IMG/VR virus record: IMGVR_UViG_3300025751_000023 | Location: 1 to 54,196 of that record | Length of the DNA: 54,196 bases | Reading direction: 5' to 3' (one strand) | Source: a virus | Lineage: Duplodnaviria > Caudoviricetes | In this document: piece after piece, positions 26,351-36,800 of the stretch | Position numbering within the stretch: the stretch's first letter is position 1 | Layout of the letters: the number at the start of each line of letters is the position of its first letter | Made by a program: the position numbers and the translations under genes | The notes under the pieces: model-generated | Told to the model about the DNA's origin: nothing | Database searches by the model: none | The model's input: only the letters and a program-made list of their open reading frames with translations

Positions 26351-26497
26351 ATGGCTTCAAGAGGACTTTACGCAAACATCCATGCTAAGCGAAAACGTAT
26401 AAAAGCTGGATCTAATGAGAAGATGCGAAAGCCAGGCACGAAAGGTGCGCCTACGGCTAAGGCATTCAAGAATTCTAAAAAAACTGCTAAGGAATAG
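26351..26497 (+). CDS. Small basic protein (48 aa, not in ORF track)
   Basis: GAGGT RBS. MASRGLYANIHAKRKRIKAGSNEKMRKPGTKGAPTAKAFKNSKKTAKE resembles a recurrent marine-phage peptide. Confidence 0.8.
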   Translation: MASRGLYANIHAKRKRIKAGSNEKMRKPGTKGAPTAKAFKNSKKTAKE

Positions 26498-26512
26498 TAG
26501 GCAGTTTGAGAG

Positions 26513-26541
26513 TTGTTTACTTTATAGGTTTTACCTATAAT
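26513..26541 (+). promoter_or_regulatory. Sigma70-like capsid promoter TTGTTT-17-TATAAT with an ATAGG-N5-CCTAT site in the spacer
   Basis: -35 at 26513-26518, palindrome at 26524-26538, -10 at 26536-26541. Confidence 0.65.
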
Positions 26542-26696
26542 GTGTTGTACCTACGTGGGTTCTACGATAGTGCCACGCTGACGCCCAGCTAATAAGGCGG
26601 TTTTCTTCGGTTTCAGCTCCGTAAGGCTGACGTTCAGGTAAGGCCGAAACGTTATTACGGCCACGTGCAGACATTTAAATTATTGGAGGAAGCCTA

Positions 26697-27809
26697 ATGG
26701 CTCTTACTAATTTTGCTGCGCTAACCACGGAACAGAAAACTGCTTGGAGCCTCGACTTTTGGCATATGGCCCGAAACAACAGTTTCATTAACCAGTTCGC
26801 TGGTTCTGGCCCAAATTCCATGGTTCAGCGTGTAACCGAACTTAAAAAATCTGAAAAAGGCGCTCGCGCCGTACTGACTTTGATCGCAGACCTCACTGGA
26901 GACGGTGTTGTTGGCGATTACACCTTGGAAGATAGCGAAGAAGCTATCACCAGCGCCGACAAGGTAATTCGCATCGACCAGATGAGAAATGCTAACCGTA
27001 TCGCTGGCCGAGTTGCTGATCAGAAGTCCATCGTTAACTTCCGTGAAACTTCACGCGACGTATTGGCCTATTGGATGGCTGATCGTATGGACCAGATCGC
27101 TTTCTTGACGCTTTCAGGCATTGCTTACACTTCTAAGAACAACGGCGGTGCTCGATCTGTTCTTGCTACTGGTAAGAACCTAAGCGACCTTGAGTTTGCT
27201 GCTGACGTAGCTGCTCCTACTTCCAATCGTCACTATAAGTGGAACGGTACTGACATCATTGCAGGCGACACCGCTACTGACGGCCACGCTCCTATTTCTT
27301 ACAAAGCCCTCGTTCGAATGAAGGCTATTGCTAAGGATCAGTATGTACGAGGCATTCGTACTGGCGCTGGCGAAGAGGTCTATCACGTATTCGTGACTCC
27401 TCAAGTCATGGCTGACCTCAAGCTCGATTCAGACTACATCCAGAACGTACGTAACGCTGGACCTCGTGGTGCTAAGAACGAACTGTTCGCAGGGACTTCA
27501 AGCGTCATGGTTGACGGTCTGGTAGTTCACGAATTCCGTCACGTCTACAACACTACTGGTCTTACTGGTGGTAATAAGTGGGGCGCGAGTGGAACCGAGA
27601 ACGGTTGCCGCGTATTGATGTGTGGTGCTCAGGCTATGGGTATGGCAGACATTGGTGCTCCGTACTATGACGAAGATTTGTTCGACTATGAGAACCAAAT
27701 GGGTATCTCTGTCGGCAAAATGCTTGGTTTCTTGAAGCCTCAGTTCAACAGCATCTACACCGGACAAGATGAAGACTTCGGTGTCTTCTGTCTGGATGTA
27801 CTTCAGTAA
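26697..27809 (+). CDS. Major capsid protein (N4-gp56 / DUF4043 family)
   Basis: MALTNFAAL...WS, LIADLTGDGVVGD..LEDSEE, IDQMRNA, GAQAMGMA...DFGV; strong GGAGG RBS. Confidence 0.92.
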   Translation: MALTNFAALTTEQKTAWSLDFWHMARNNSFINQFAGSGPNSMVQRVTELKKSEKGARAVLTLIADLTGDGVVGDYTLEDSEEAITSADKVIRIDQMRNANRIAGRVADQKSIVNFRETSRDVLAYWMADRMDQIAFLTLSGIAYTSKNNGGARSVLATGKNLSDLEFAADVAAPTSNRHYKWNGTDIIAGDTATDGHAPISYKALVRMKAIAKDQYVRGIRTGAGEEVYHVFVTPQVMADLKLDSDYIQNVRNAGPRGAKNELFAGTSSVMVDGLVVHEFRHVYNTTGLTGGNKWGASGTENGCRVLMCGAQAMGMADIGAPYYDEDLFDYENQMGISVGKMLGFLKPQFNSIYTGQDEDFGVFCLDVLQ

Positions 27810-27827
27810 ATCGCTTTAGCGAGTAGT

Positions 27828-27861
27828 TGAGGCCCTACCAATCTACGCAGGTAGGGCCTCA
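27828..27861 (+). terminator. 12-bp stem-loop after the capsid gene
   Basis: TGAGGCCCTACC-10 nt-GGTAGGGCCTCA; lacks a U tract. Confidence 0.45.
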
Positions 27862-27882
27862 CCCCCAACTAGGAGTTAATTG

Positions 27883-28239
27883 ATGAAACTGGTAAGCGAT
27901 AAAGATATTCGAGTAGCCACATTGTCAGGTCGTATGACTTGGCTACGTGCTGGTGAACCCAAGGAACTTCTTCAAGAGGATCTGATTAACGCGGCATTAG
28001 GTATGGGTGCCAGAGCAGCTGATGCTCCCCCCGCTCCTGAGCCTGTTGCGGAACCTGTAGATGAACCTGATACCTTACAAAAGCAAGTTGTCGATGCGGT
28101 ACGAACAGTTTATGAAACTGGAGATCGTTCTGACCTTGCTTCTGATGGTACGCCTCGTATGTCTGTATTGAAAAAATTAGTCCCAGAAGCAACTGCTGAA
28201 TTGAGGGAAGCAGCAATGCGCGAGGTCTCTCAAAGTTAA
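27883..28239 (+). CDS. Hypothetical head-region protein
   Basis: AGGAG RBS; Pro-rich linker; DGTP...LKKL C-terminal domain. Confidence 0.7.
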   Translation: MKLVSDKDIRVATLSGRMTWLRAGEPKELLQEDLINAALGMGARAADAPPAPEPVAEPVDEPDTLQKQVVDAVRTVYETGDRSDLASDGTPRMSVLKKLVPEATAELREAAMREVSQS

Positions 28240-28526
28240 TGGCTATAAGGCGAGATCCAAAGTTAGCAAGGGCTGGAGTTACAAAATATAACTCTCCCAG
28301 GCGGACTCCATCGCACCCCAAGAAAAGTCACGTTGTTGTGGCGAAGGTTGGGGATACGACAAAGCTCATTAGATTCGGACAACAAGGCGTTAAAGGCGCT
28401 GGAAAGAATCCAAAGAGCGAGAAAGACAAAGCTCGCCGCAGGTCATTTTACGCAAGGCACCGAGCACAAGATGCCAAACCTTCCAAGCTCAGCGCTCGCT
28501 ATTGGGCTATGAAAACCAAATGGTGA
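28239..28526 (+). CDS. Small basic phage protein (DUF5754-like)
   Basis: KLIRFGQQG...RRRSFYARH...SARYWA..KW. Confidence 0.7.
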   Translation: MAIRRDPKLARAGVTKYNSPRRTPSHPKKSHVVVAKVGDTTKLIRFGQQGVKGAGKNPKSEKDKARRRSFYARHRAQDAKPSKLSARYWAMKTKW

Positions 28527-28546
28527 TGCTCAAGGAGAGCTAAAAC

Positions 28547-29224
28547 ATGTCAGGAACAATCCTAGGGTCGGAGATTATTTCAAAAGCCCGTCGAATTCTT
28601 CAGGACACCACTACGGGCGGTACTCGTTGGCTCGATGATGAGCTTCTCGGGTGGATCAACGATGCCCAGCGTGAAATCGTTCTGATAAAACCAAACTCAA
28701 ATTCTCTCGTTGCAGATGCGACTACTGTGGAAGGGTCGAAGCAAGCACTTCCTTCAGGTGGGTTGACACTGTTAGCGGTAATCCGAAACACAGATGGCCC
28801 CGCCATCCGTCGAATCGACCGCAACATTATGGATTCTGAAAATCCTAACTGGTACGAAGATGTCGCCTCAGACACTACGATCCATTACATCTTTGACGAA
28901 GACAACCCAGACACTTACTACGTCTACCCACCGAAGCCTGCTACGCCTAACTCGATTGAACTATCGTACTCTGGTGCACCACAGGATTTGGTGAACACGG
29001 GCGCATCGATTGCCTTAAATGACATTTATGCAAATGTCATTTTGGACTACGTACTTTATCGCGCTTACTCTAAGGACAGTGACTACGCTGGTAACGCACA
29101 ACGTGCAGCGAACCATTACACCGCGTTTAACAATAGCCTCGGCAATCGCGTACAGGTTGAGCAAATTGCAACGCCTAACGTAGATCAATCTGGTCGTTGG
29201 GATACGACCCGAGCGATGCGGTAA
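28547..29224 (+). CDS. Head-tail adaptor (DUF6682-like)
   Basis: RILQD...RW.DDELLGWINDAQREI...YVYP...DYVLYRAYSKDSDYA. Confidence 0.8.
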   Translation: MSGTILGSEIISKARRILQDTTTGGTRWLDDELLGWINDAQREIVLIKPNSNSLVADATTVEGSKQALPSGGLTLLAVIRNTDGPAIRRIDRNIMDSENPNWYEDVASDTTIHYIFDEDNPDTYYVYPPKPATPNSIELSYSGAPQDLVNTGASIALNDIYANVILDYVLYRAYSKDSDYAGNAQRAANHYTAFNNSLGNRVQVEQIATPNVDQSGRWDTTRAMR

Positions 29225-29865
29225 TGGCAGACTTTTCGGACTTTGTACCAGAAGTCCTTAGCGCAGCACCGGACTGCCCTAACCCAACGATTATTCGTTC
29301 TGTTAGGACCGCAGTTCGGGAACTGTGCGAACAGGCCGATTGCTATCGTTACACGCTAGATGACTCTGCTGTCAGAGTGGGCGTAAGCGAGATCGAGCTT
29401 GATCTTCCCTCAAATACTTCATTACACCGTGTCATAAAGCTGTCAATCGGGCGGAAAGACCTAGAGGCATCTTCAGTGACCTTAATGAACGACCGAGATC
29501 CAGAATGGCGCACTCGCAACGGTGCGCCTCGTTTTTATCTGAGGTCTACAGAAGAGTTAAACGGGATCGTGATCAATCCTATTCCAGAAATTGAATACAC
29601 AAACCCAGGACTCATTGGGGAAGTGGCGTTAAAGCCAACACTGACGGCAACGTCAATTAGTGATGTTTTTGTAGACAGGTACTACCAAGTTATTGTCGAC
29701 GGGGCGATTAAGAATCTGCTTATGATCTCTAGCGCACCTTGGTTTAACCCAAGTATTGCTAGTGTGCATCAAGCAGCGTTTGCTGCTGGCATTATGGGTG
29801 CAAAATCCCAAGCCCAAGGCGACAACACCCCAAAACGAAGGGTAGTTGCTTATGGAGGTATATAA
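29224..29865 (+). CDS. Second adaptor / tail protein
   Basis: FVPEV...PDCP...ELC...ALKPT...IVDGA...PWFNP; TAATG coupling. Confidence 0.75.
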   Translation: MADFSDFVPEVLSAAPDCPNPTIIRSVRTAVRELCEQADCYRYTLDDSAVRVGVSEIELDLPSNTSLHRVIKLSIGRKDLEASSVTLMNDRDPEWRTRNGAPRFYLRSTEELNGIVINPIPEIEYTNPGLIGEVALKPTLTATSISDVFVDRYYQVIVDGAIKNLLMISSAPWFNPSIASVHQAAFAAGIMGAKSQAQGDNTPKRRVVAYGGI

Positions 29866-30325
29866 AGCCACGGAAGACGATCTCTGGAACTTAGTAGCGG
29901 CTGGCGAGGTGATGCACGCCGAAAGCCCTGTTTTTAGAGATATCCCTTTCGTGAAGCAAGAAGCGGCAGCTTTCATCTATTCCCATATCCATGATGAAAA
30001 TAAATGCTGCTTCGTCGCTCAAAACGAGCAAGGCATGGTTGGCGCAATACTGGGCATGTACGCCCCAGTATTTTTTGGCTTAGAGCTACACGCTCATGAA
30101 GAAACGCTTTACTGCCTACCAGATGAACGCGGCACACACGCAGGCTCAGCGCTGATGAAAGCGTTTGTTGAGTGGGCTGAAGAAAACGACTGTAAGAGAG
30201 TCTGGACAGGTTCGAATACGGGCATCAACACGTACGCATACGTGCAAGTAGTCCAGAACCTTGGTTTTGAACATTCAGGACAGGTGTACTACAGAGATGG
30301 GCGATCTAACAAGAAATCTGAGTAG
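29852..30325 (+). CDS. GNAT-family acetyltransferase-like protein
   Basis: VYKATEDD...LYCLPDERGTHAGSALMKAFVEWA...LGF. Confidence 0.85.
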   Translation: MEVYKATEDDLWNLVAAGEVMHAESPVFRDIPFVKQEAAAFIYSHIHDENKCCFVAQNEQGMVGAILGMYAPVFFGLELHAHEETLYCLPDERGTHAGSALMKAFVEWAEENDCKRVWTGSNTGINTYAYVQVVQNLGFEHSGQVYYRDGRSNKKSE

Positions 30326-30665
30326 AAGCGAGTTTGCGTGTAAGTGCGGGTGCGGATTTACTTCGGCTGACCATCAGCTTGTAGAAATTCTGCAAGAAGT
30401 TAGAGACAGGTTCGAAGTAATGAAAGGCAAAGCTTTACCTGTCGTCATTACGAGCGGGAATCGGTGTGCCGAACACAACGCAAAAGTAGGCGGCGCTCCT
30501 AAAAGTAAACATACGCTTGGGATCGCTGTAGATTTTATGATTCCTGAAGTAGAGCCTTCTGAGATTTTTGATCATCTCAATGGCGTATTCCCAGACCAAT
30601 ACGGACTCATTTTGTATCCCGGCTGGGTGCATTTTGATGTTCGTGCAGAAAAATATAGGGGATAA
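30297..30665 (+). CDS. Peptidase M15 (Zn), endolysin-like
   Basis: EFACKCGCG, TSGNRC..HN..VGG..KSKH...AVD, WVHFDVR. Confidence 0.9.
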   Translation: MGDLTRNLSRSEFACKCGCGFTSADHQLVEILQEVRDRFEVMKGKALPVVITSGNRCAEHNAKVGGAPKSKHTLGIAVDFMIPEVEPSEIFDHLNGVFPDQYGLILYPGWVHFDVRAEKYRG

Positions 30666-30669
30666 CTAT

Positions 30670-31374
30670 ATGTGTGGAGGAAGTAAGCCCAAAGATCCAG
30701 GGCCATCAAAGCAAGAAATTGCTTTAGCTGCGGTTAGTCAAGATGACTATAATCGCTGGGTACAACGCGGGATGCCTCTCGAACGGCAGGCAGTTGCACG
30801 AGCACGTGATCCCAATGTGCTTCGAGCACAGCAATCTATCCTAGGTGGGCGTTCTTCTGCTGACATTGCGCAGCAAGAAGTAGGCGCACAGTACGCAGCT
30901 CGCCAAGCGGCACTCCGCTCCGGTGCCGGGCTTCGTAGCAATTCGAACATGATCCCGATGACACAAACGTCAGCGGTGGCAAATGTATCACAGGCCAAAG
31001 CAGCTACTCGTGCAGCGGTCGACGCAAGGCAGATCCAAGACCGAGCAAAAGTCACCGCCCTTCAGTCAGGTGCAGGGCTTGCCCAAAACCAGTACAGCGG
31101 GTTGATGGCGGCAGCACGTCGAGGCAATTCAAGAAACCTTACTGACATTTCCAACGAGGCAATGCGGCAGCAGGCTCGAATGAGAGCATTCGGTGATGTA
31201 GCAGGCGCTGCATTAACTATTGGCGCTCAAAAATATTTTTCTGGCAAACAGAACGCAGAGATGGCCGAACAAGATTATATGACTGGGTTACAGCAGGAAT
31301 ATAACCAGTACGGAAAAATTCCTTCGAACCCCGGCCCCTACGATATGTCTTATAGCGGGGGGCTATACGGATGA
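30670..31374 (+). CDS. Putative internal virion / DNA ejection protein
   Basis: MCGGSKP start, Ala/Gln-rich; position after the GNAT gene. Confidence 0.65.
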   Translation: MCGGSKPKDPGPSKQEIALAAVSQDDYNRWVQRGMPLERQAVARARDPNVLRAQQSILGGRSSADIAQQEVGAQYAARQAALRSGAGLRSNSNMIPMTQTSAVANVSQAKAATRAAVDARQIQDRAKVTALQSGAGLAQNQYSGLMAAARRGNSRNLTDISNEAMRQQARMRAFGDVAGAALTIGAQKYFSGKQNAEMAEQDYMTGLQQEYNQYGKIPSNPGPYDMSYSGGLYG

Positions 31375-31988
31375 TCCAGTCAAATGTATACCCCGATGGG
31401 AGTATTCGCTACAGCGGTCTAGGTTCACTATATTCGAGTCCCATGATGGGGCTAGGCGGTGTTGGCTCTAGCTATAGTTACGGCGACCCTGATGCAACCA
31501 TGGCGAACATCCTCCGTGGACAGCAACAGTTCCGTAACCAAATTTACACACCGCTTGAAACGGATGTTATTTCGCAAATTGGTGATGGTTCGCTTGTCAA
31601 CGCAGCAAGAAACGCTGCGAAGCAAAACCTTGGCGGTACTGCCGAACGAGCGGAGCGGATGGCTTCTAGGTACGGTGGTCTATCTAGTCCATTACAAGCG
31701 GCAGAACTCTCGCGTAAGGCAAAACTTGGTGATGCTACAGCCGCTACTGGCTTAGTTAACAATGCACGCATCGCACAAGATGAGCGTGACCAAGGTCTCC
31801 AGCAGTCAATGATCAACTACTACCGTGGCGTTCAAGGCAATGCCATGAGTGGTCTTAGCGAAGCTGCTAACTCTCAGGTCAGCAGAGCGAACGCAGTATC
31901 CCAAGCAAACGCGGCACGTAGGGCGCAGCAAACACAAATGGTCGGTAGCCTCGCCGCCTCTGCGCTCATGATGGCATTCTTACTATAG
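31371..31988 (+). CDS. Putative internal virion / ejection protein
   Basis: Ala/Gly/Gln-rich with a hydrophobic C-terminus. Confidence 0.6.
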   Translation: MIQSNVYPDGSIRYSGLGSLYSSPMMGLGGVGSSYSYGDPDATMANILRGQQQFRNQIYTPLETDVISQIGDGSLVNAARNAAKQNLGGTAERAERMASRYGGLSSPLQAAELSRKAKLGDATAATGLVNNARIAQDERDQGLQQSMINYYRGVQGNAMSGLSEAANSQVSRANAVSQANAARRAQQTQMVGSLAASALMMAFLL

Positions 31989-31995
31989 GTGACTT

Positions 31996-33858
31996 ATGGC
32001 CGGATTACTTGATTCCTTACCTAGCACTATCTTAGCAATGGCTAATGCACGGGACCAACGTGCATTCGCAGCAAGGGAGGCAGAGCTTCAGCGGCAGGCA
32101 GCGCAACAACTGCAAGATAGTCGTATTGCTGCTCAGCTAGAGCAACAAGGACTTATTAACAGTGCGGCAATGGAGCGAGTGAATGCTCAAATTGCAGCGT
32201 TAGCAGAAAGAGATGAGAAAACTAATCAGGCAGCGCTTGATCGGCAAAACTCTGCGCAACAATTTACACGGAATACTCAAGAGCAGGACAGGGCATTAAG
32301 GGGTGCAATCGGATTACGGAAGTCAATCGGCGGAGGACTGCCATCACCTTCTCAAATTGCGCAAGCACAAGGATACGCTGCAACGCTGAGCAGGCTGAAC
32401 CCTGAAGATGAAAACCTGAAAGCTTTAGCCAACACTTCACAGCCTGAAGCGTGGCAAGCTTTCGGGTTGGGGATGCTGACGGATAATTATGATTACGAGC
32501 GACTGGCAGCAGCGAATCAAAATCGCGCTCCTGGTCTCCAATCACAAGTTGCTAGTGCAGAGCTTGCGGGAAGAAAAGCCGCTTCCCCAGCAGTTAATTC
32601 TGTCGCAGCTTTTGATAAAGCCCTTGGCGTCAACGCTGACATGCCGATAGAGCAACAAATTGAAATTGCGAGGGCAAACCCAGAGAAATTTTCAGAAGCT
32701 GCGAATGCTATGTTTGCTAATAACCCAGCGCTTCTTAGCCAAATCCGTGGAAGGCCCGGAGTAAGAGACGATAGTTCAGTAGTTACCGCAGTTAACGGGG
32801 ACCGATTGCTAATGGCCGCGCAGCCCAGAGATAATTATATGATGTCTCCTACGGGCGATCTAATTAACCTTGGCCCTGGGGATACTGCACCTCCTGACTA
32901 TCAAAAACCAAACAATGTCCCTCTGACAGTCGGTGCAGGCCCAGCCTCAGATCCTTCTGCAACCCCTCTTCAGTTAGATATCGGGCAGGCAATGCGTGTA
33001 ATTAATGCGGCCCGTCAAACAACAAACCCAGATGTTGCGGTTGCAGGATCTCTACAAGTTATGGAAGACGCCGTCGATGCTATACAACGTGGCGTGTCAG
33101 AAGAAGAGTTAGAGTCATTACTTATACGTGCCCAATCTCTTGATACTCCTGGAGGGCAGCAACAAGTAGTAGATAAGTTCTTTGCAGAACAAGAGGCGAT
33201 ACCGCAGCAAATGCGCGATGCGTTCCAGAGAGGCTTGACGCAAGAACGTAACTCTCAGCAACAAGAACGACTACGACCATACCAAGAAAGTAAACAATTA
33301 AGTGATGCAATGACAGCCGAGTCGCAAGCCGCTGTACAAGCGTATGAAACCACGACAGGCGAAGCTAGTGCCAAAGCTGCTATCGAAGAGGGGAGGCGTC
33401 AAAGTGGCAGAGAGAAGGCTATCGCAAGAGCATTAGAAGATAACCTAACAAGTCTCAATGATATTTTAACTGACCAGGGCGCTGGAATTACCGATCCCGA
33501 ATTTGGGGAAGCATACAAAGAGACCCGTCAATTTGGACTTCCTGGCGGCCCTCAAAATATCGCTGATGAGTTTATGAGTTTCGAGGCAACGCCGGGTAGC
33601 TTGAAGCAAGCAGTTATCGACACTCTTTTTAACTATGGTCCAAAGTACGGTGAAACGCTGGGCTTCGGTAAAAAAGCGTTTGAGCGATACTCGCCCGAAC
33701 AACAAAAAGAAATAATACGGCTTGCGCTTGTGGTTAAAGGCTCCGCTCAAACAAATCTCGTAACGAGATTTTTCAATACTGGGGATGCGCGTTTATCGCG
33801 TAAGCCAACTGAAGCAGAACTGAGGGCTGGCGTTGAAAGACTGAAGGACCGCAGCTAA
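31996..33858 (+). CDS. Putative internal virion / ejection protein
   Basis: 620-aa Ala/Gln-rich helical protein preceding the giant protein. Confidence 0.6.
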   Translation: MAGLLDSLPSTILAMANARDQRAFAAREAELQRQAAQQLQDSRIAAQLEQQGLINSAAMERVNAQIAALAERDEKTNQAALDRQNSAQQFTRNTQEQDRALRGAIGLRKSIGGGLPSPSQIAQAQGYAATLSRLNPEDENLKALANTSQPEAWQAFGLGMLTDNYDYERLAAANQNRAPGLQSQVASAELAGRKAASPAVNSVAAFDKALGVNADMPIEQQIEIARANPEKFSEAANAMFANNPALLSQIRGRPGVRDDSSVVTAVNGDRLLMAAQPRDNYMMSPTGDLINLGPGDTAPPDYQKPNNVPLTVGAGPASDPSATPLQLDIGQAMRVINAARQTTNPDVAVAGSLQVMEDAVDAIQRGVSEEELESLLIRAQSLDTPGGQQQVVDKFFAEQEAIPQQMRDAFQRGLTQERNSQQQERLRPYQESKQLSDAMTAESQAAVQAYETTTGEASAKAAIEEGRRQSGREKAIARALEDNLTSLNDILTDQGAGITDPEFGEAYKETRQFGLPGGPQNIADEFMSFEATPGSLKQAVIDTLFNYGPKYGETLGFGKKAFERYSPEQQKEIIRLALVVKGSAQTNLVTRFFNTGDARLSRKPTEAELRAGVERLKDRS

Positions 33859-33871
33859 TTAGGGGAAAGCT

Positions 33872-36800
33872 ATGGCGCAAGATGGAAGCGCTTTTGGCAA
33901 TGCCCTAGCAAGAGGCATCGACCAAACACAAATGATGGCCTATGGCTTTGCAAATGCCGTTGGGTCGTTAGTTGGGTGGGATTCTCTTGAAGAGTGGAGC
34001 GCAGAAGGCATTGCTGCCAACATGGAAGAGCTTCGACTCAACCCTCCAAAAATAGAAAGCTGGGACGATATCGATAGCCTAGCTGACTTTGGCACTTACT
34101 TTATTGAAGCCCTTGGTGAAGGCGCACCTATGCTCGCAACTGTGCTAGGCACTGCGGGTGCAGGTGGTGCTGCCGCTGGGATCAGTACGCTTACACGCGC
34201 ACAACTTGGCAAACAAATGAAGCGCAAGCTTGGCAAACAGGCTATGCGTAACTACCAAGTAGCAAAACGGCGCGGGCAAATCGCGGGCGCTGCGACTTCT
34301 TCTTACACATTAAACACTGGCGAAACTCAAACTTCTTTGATTTCAGAAGGGGTAAATAACCCCGGCGCAGCTCTGACAGCAGGCGCAGTGAAGTCAGCTT
34401 TCGACTTAGTTGGTTTGGGGGCAATCACACGTGCTGCACGAGCTACTGGCACTTCGCCTAAAAACTTTTTTGATGCAGCCGTTAATCTTGCTGGCACCTA
34501 TGGAAAAGCAGGTACAGTTGAGGGACTAACAGAGGGCGTGCAATCAATCGTTGATGCAGCTGTAGTCAGTGGGAACGTTGCAGGGAAGGATTTTTTCTCT
34601 GCTGAGAATGTCGACAATCTGATTAACTCGGTGCTCAAAGGCAGCATCGTCGGTGGCACATTTGCCGCTGGTGTCCAGGCCCCCGGACAGTTTATGGAAG
34701 TTGCTCGCACTAAGGCGAAGGCGCGTGAAGCACAAGCGCAGATGGAGCAAGAGTTTTATGGCCGTGAACCAACGGGCGTAGAAAACCTTCCGATCCCAGA
34801 ACCAGAAGCCTATGCCACAGAGAACCCAGAACCCACTCAACTAGATCTGGATCTCGCTCTTAACGATATTGAGCAGACGGCAAATGCAGCACCAGATTAT
34901 CAAGGTGTAGATCCGGGGGATGTTATACCCGTCCCCGAAGGTCAGACCGATATGGTCGCACAAGCCCGTGCGCTCGAAGATCCAACATCAAGCAAAAGAG
35001 CAATGCTTATAACAAGCGGCAGTTTTGATCCTTACGCAGCCAATTCTCTCCCAATGCCTCCCGGTATGGAGCGAGTTGATATGGGTAACGGAGATGTGAT
35101 TTATACGCAGGATGCAGATGTAGCACAACGCGCTACAGATGTAGCACAACGCGCTACAGAGGAAGGCCCTTCTGATCAGTTTTACGGAGATGTGCTGTAC
35201 AACATGCCTGGGGGCAAAGCACCTGACGCTAACTTAGTTGTTCAGGTGACAGATCCCGAAACAGGTGGCGTCACTACTGAAATACTTACAAATGAAGAGA
35301 ACCTCGGACGCACGTTAGAGGAAGCACGTTTTCAAGCTGGCGCAGGCCGAGATGTAAACGTTATCCAAGAAACGAACGGTATACCAGCAACAGCAATTGC
35401 TGTGGGCGCACGTATCGCAAAGCAAGCCGATCAAGATGTAGCCAACGCGCAGGCAGACATAGAGACTCGAATTGCCGCACTAATCAATAACGCAATGATG
35501 CGTAAGAACGGCAAGAAGAAATTTCAAGATACGCTTCAAGCAGCATTCCAAAACGGATCGACTGAATCTGCAAACATACTCGCAGACGTTGCAAAGATGT
35601 CACCCCGTGGTCAGGCCGCTTTTATCGCAGAGTTTGTTGATGATGACGCTGTTTCAGCAGTGGAGACAACCCCACAAAACGCTGCTGAATTACGTGACGC
35701 ACAAATAGCGGATATTGGTCCAAATACAACAGGCGAAAGCACATTTGATCGAAGTATTGACCAACTTGAACCAGAAAGCGCTCAACCTATACAGGTTGAG
35801 ATTGACTTAGATTACGGGAATGTAAATGGCGCAGAAAAATTTGCGGATAAGACTTACGCAAACATTATTACGGAAGTTAACCAGCTTAAAAAAGACCTTG
35901 GCGAAAGCAGTCCGATTATATCTGAAGTGGTACGCGATGGTTCCACCGCACGTTTGGAGTTTGCGCCATCTGCCGCTGTAACGCAGAAGATCGAAAAAGA
36001 CCCAATAAGAACACCAGACACAAATCTAACTAGAGGACTACCCTACCTCACACCAGATCTCCTTGTTGGTGCGGCAATTAAGAATGCAAAAAACTCGGTA
36101 TCGAAGGGACGCGAAAAGTGGGCGGAGAAGAACAAGCTGGCAGCACGCAGCTTTATAAGAGCTAAAGACCCCCGAGGTCAGTGGCAAGTACTCGGCACTC
36201 GTGCTTTGGCAGATAGCGGTGTGCACTTGCTAATGTCAGAGCAGCAATCTACTGAAAGATCACTGGCTCAGCTACAGCTAGATGGCTTTTTACGTATGCA
36301 GGCCGAACTTGCTAATCGTGGATGGCAGATCCAACCAGCAGCCAAAGACACTCTTATCTACCATAAGGAACTATCTGGTAAGAAAGTTGATAAGGGTGGA
36401 TTGCTCTCTATACAGGATGTCGAGCGCGGAAACATGATTGTTCAACGCCAATTCGCAAAGATCAATCGCCTCGAACGCGAACTGAAAGCCATCGAGCAAG
36501 GGGACCCAAGAGATCGTTACTTAATACCTATTAAGCAACGCGAATTACGTGAAGCTACATCGCAAGAGGCGATGGATCAAATCCCTTCTACTAGTGCTGT
36601 TAGGGGAACGGGGTTAGAAGCGGAACTTTTGTCCGTCCAAGAATACACGCCCGAAGTCAGTGACCAAGGTGGGGATTTCAACTACACCTCCCCTACCCTT
36701 ATGGATGAGCCTGTAGCTGAACTACAGCCACAGGGGACGCAGCCAGATGTTTATAACGAACGCGTCTTTAAACAAGATCAAGATGCTATTGCAAAGTTAG

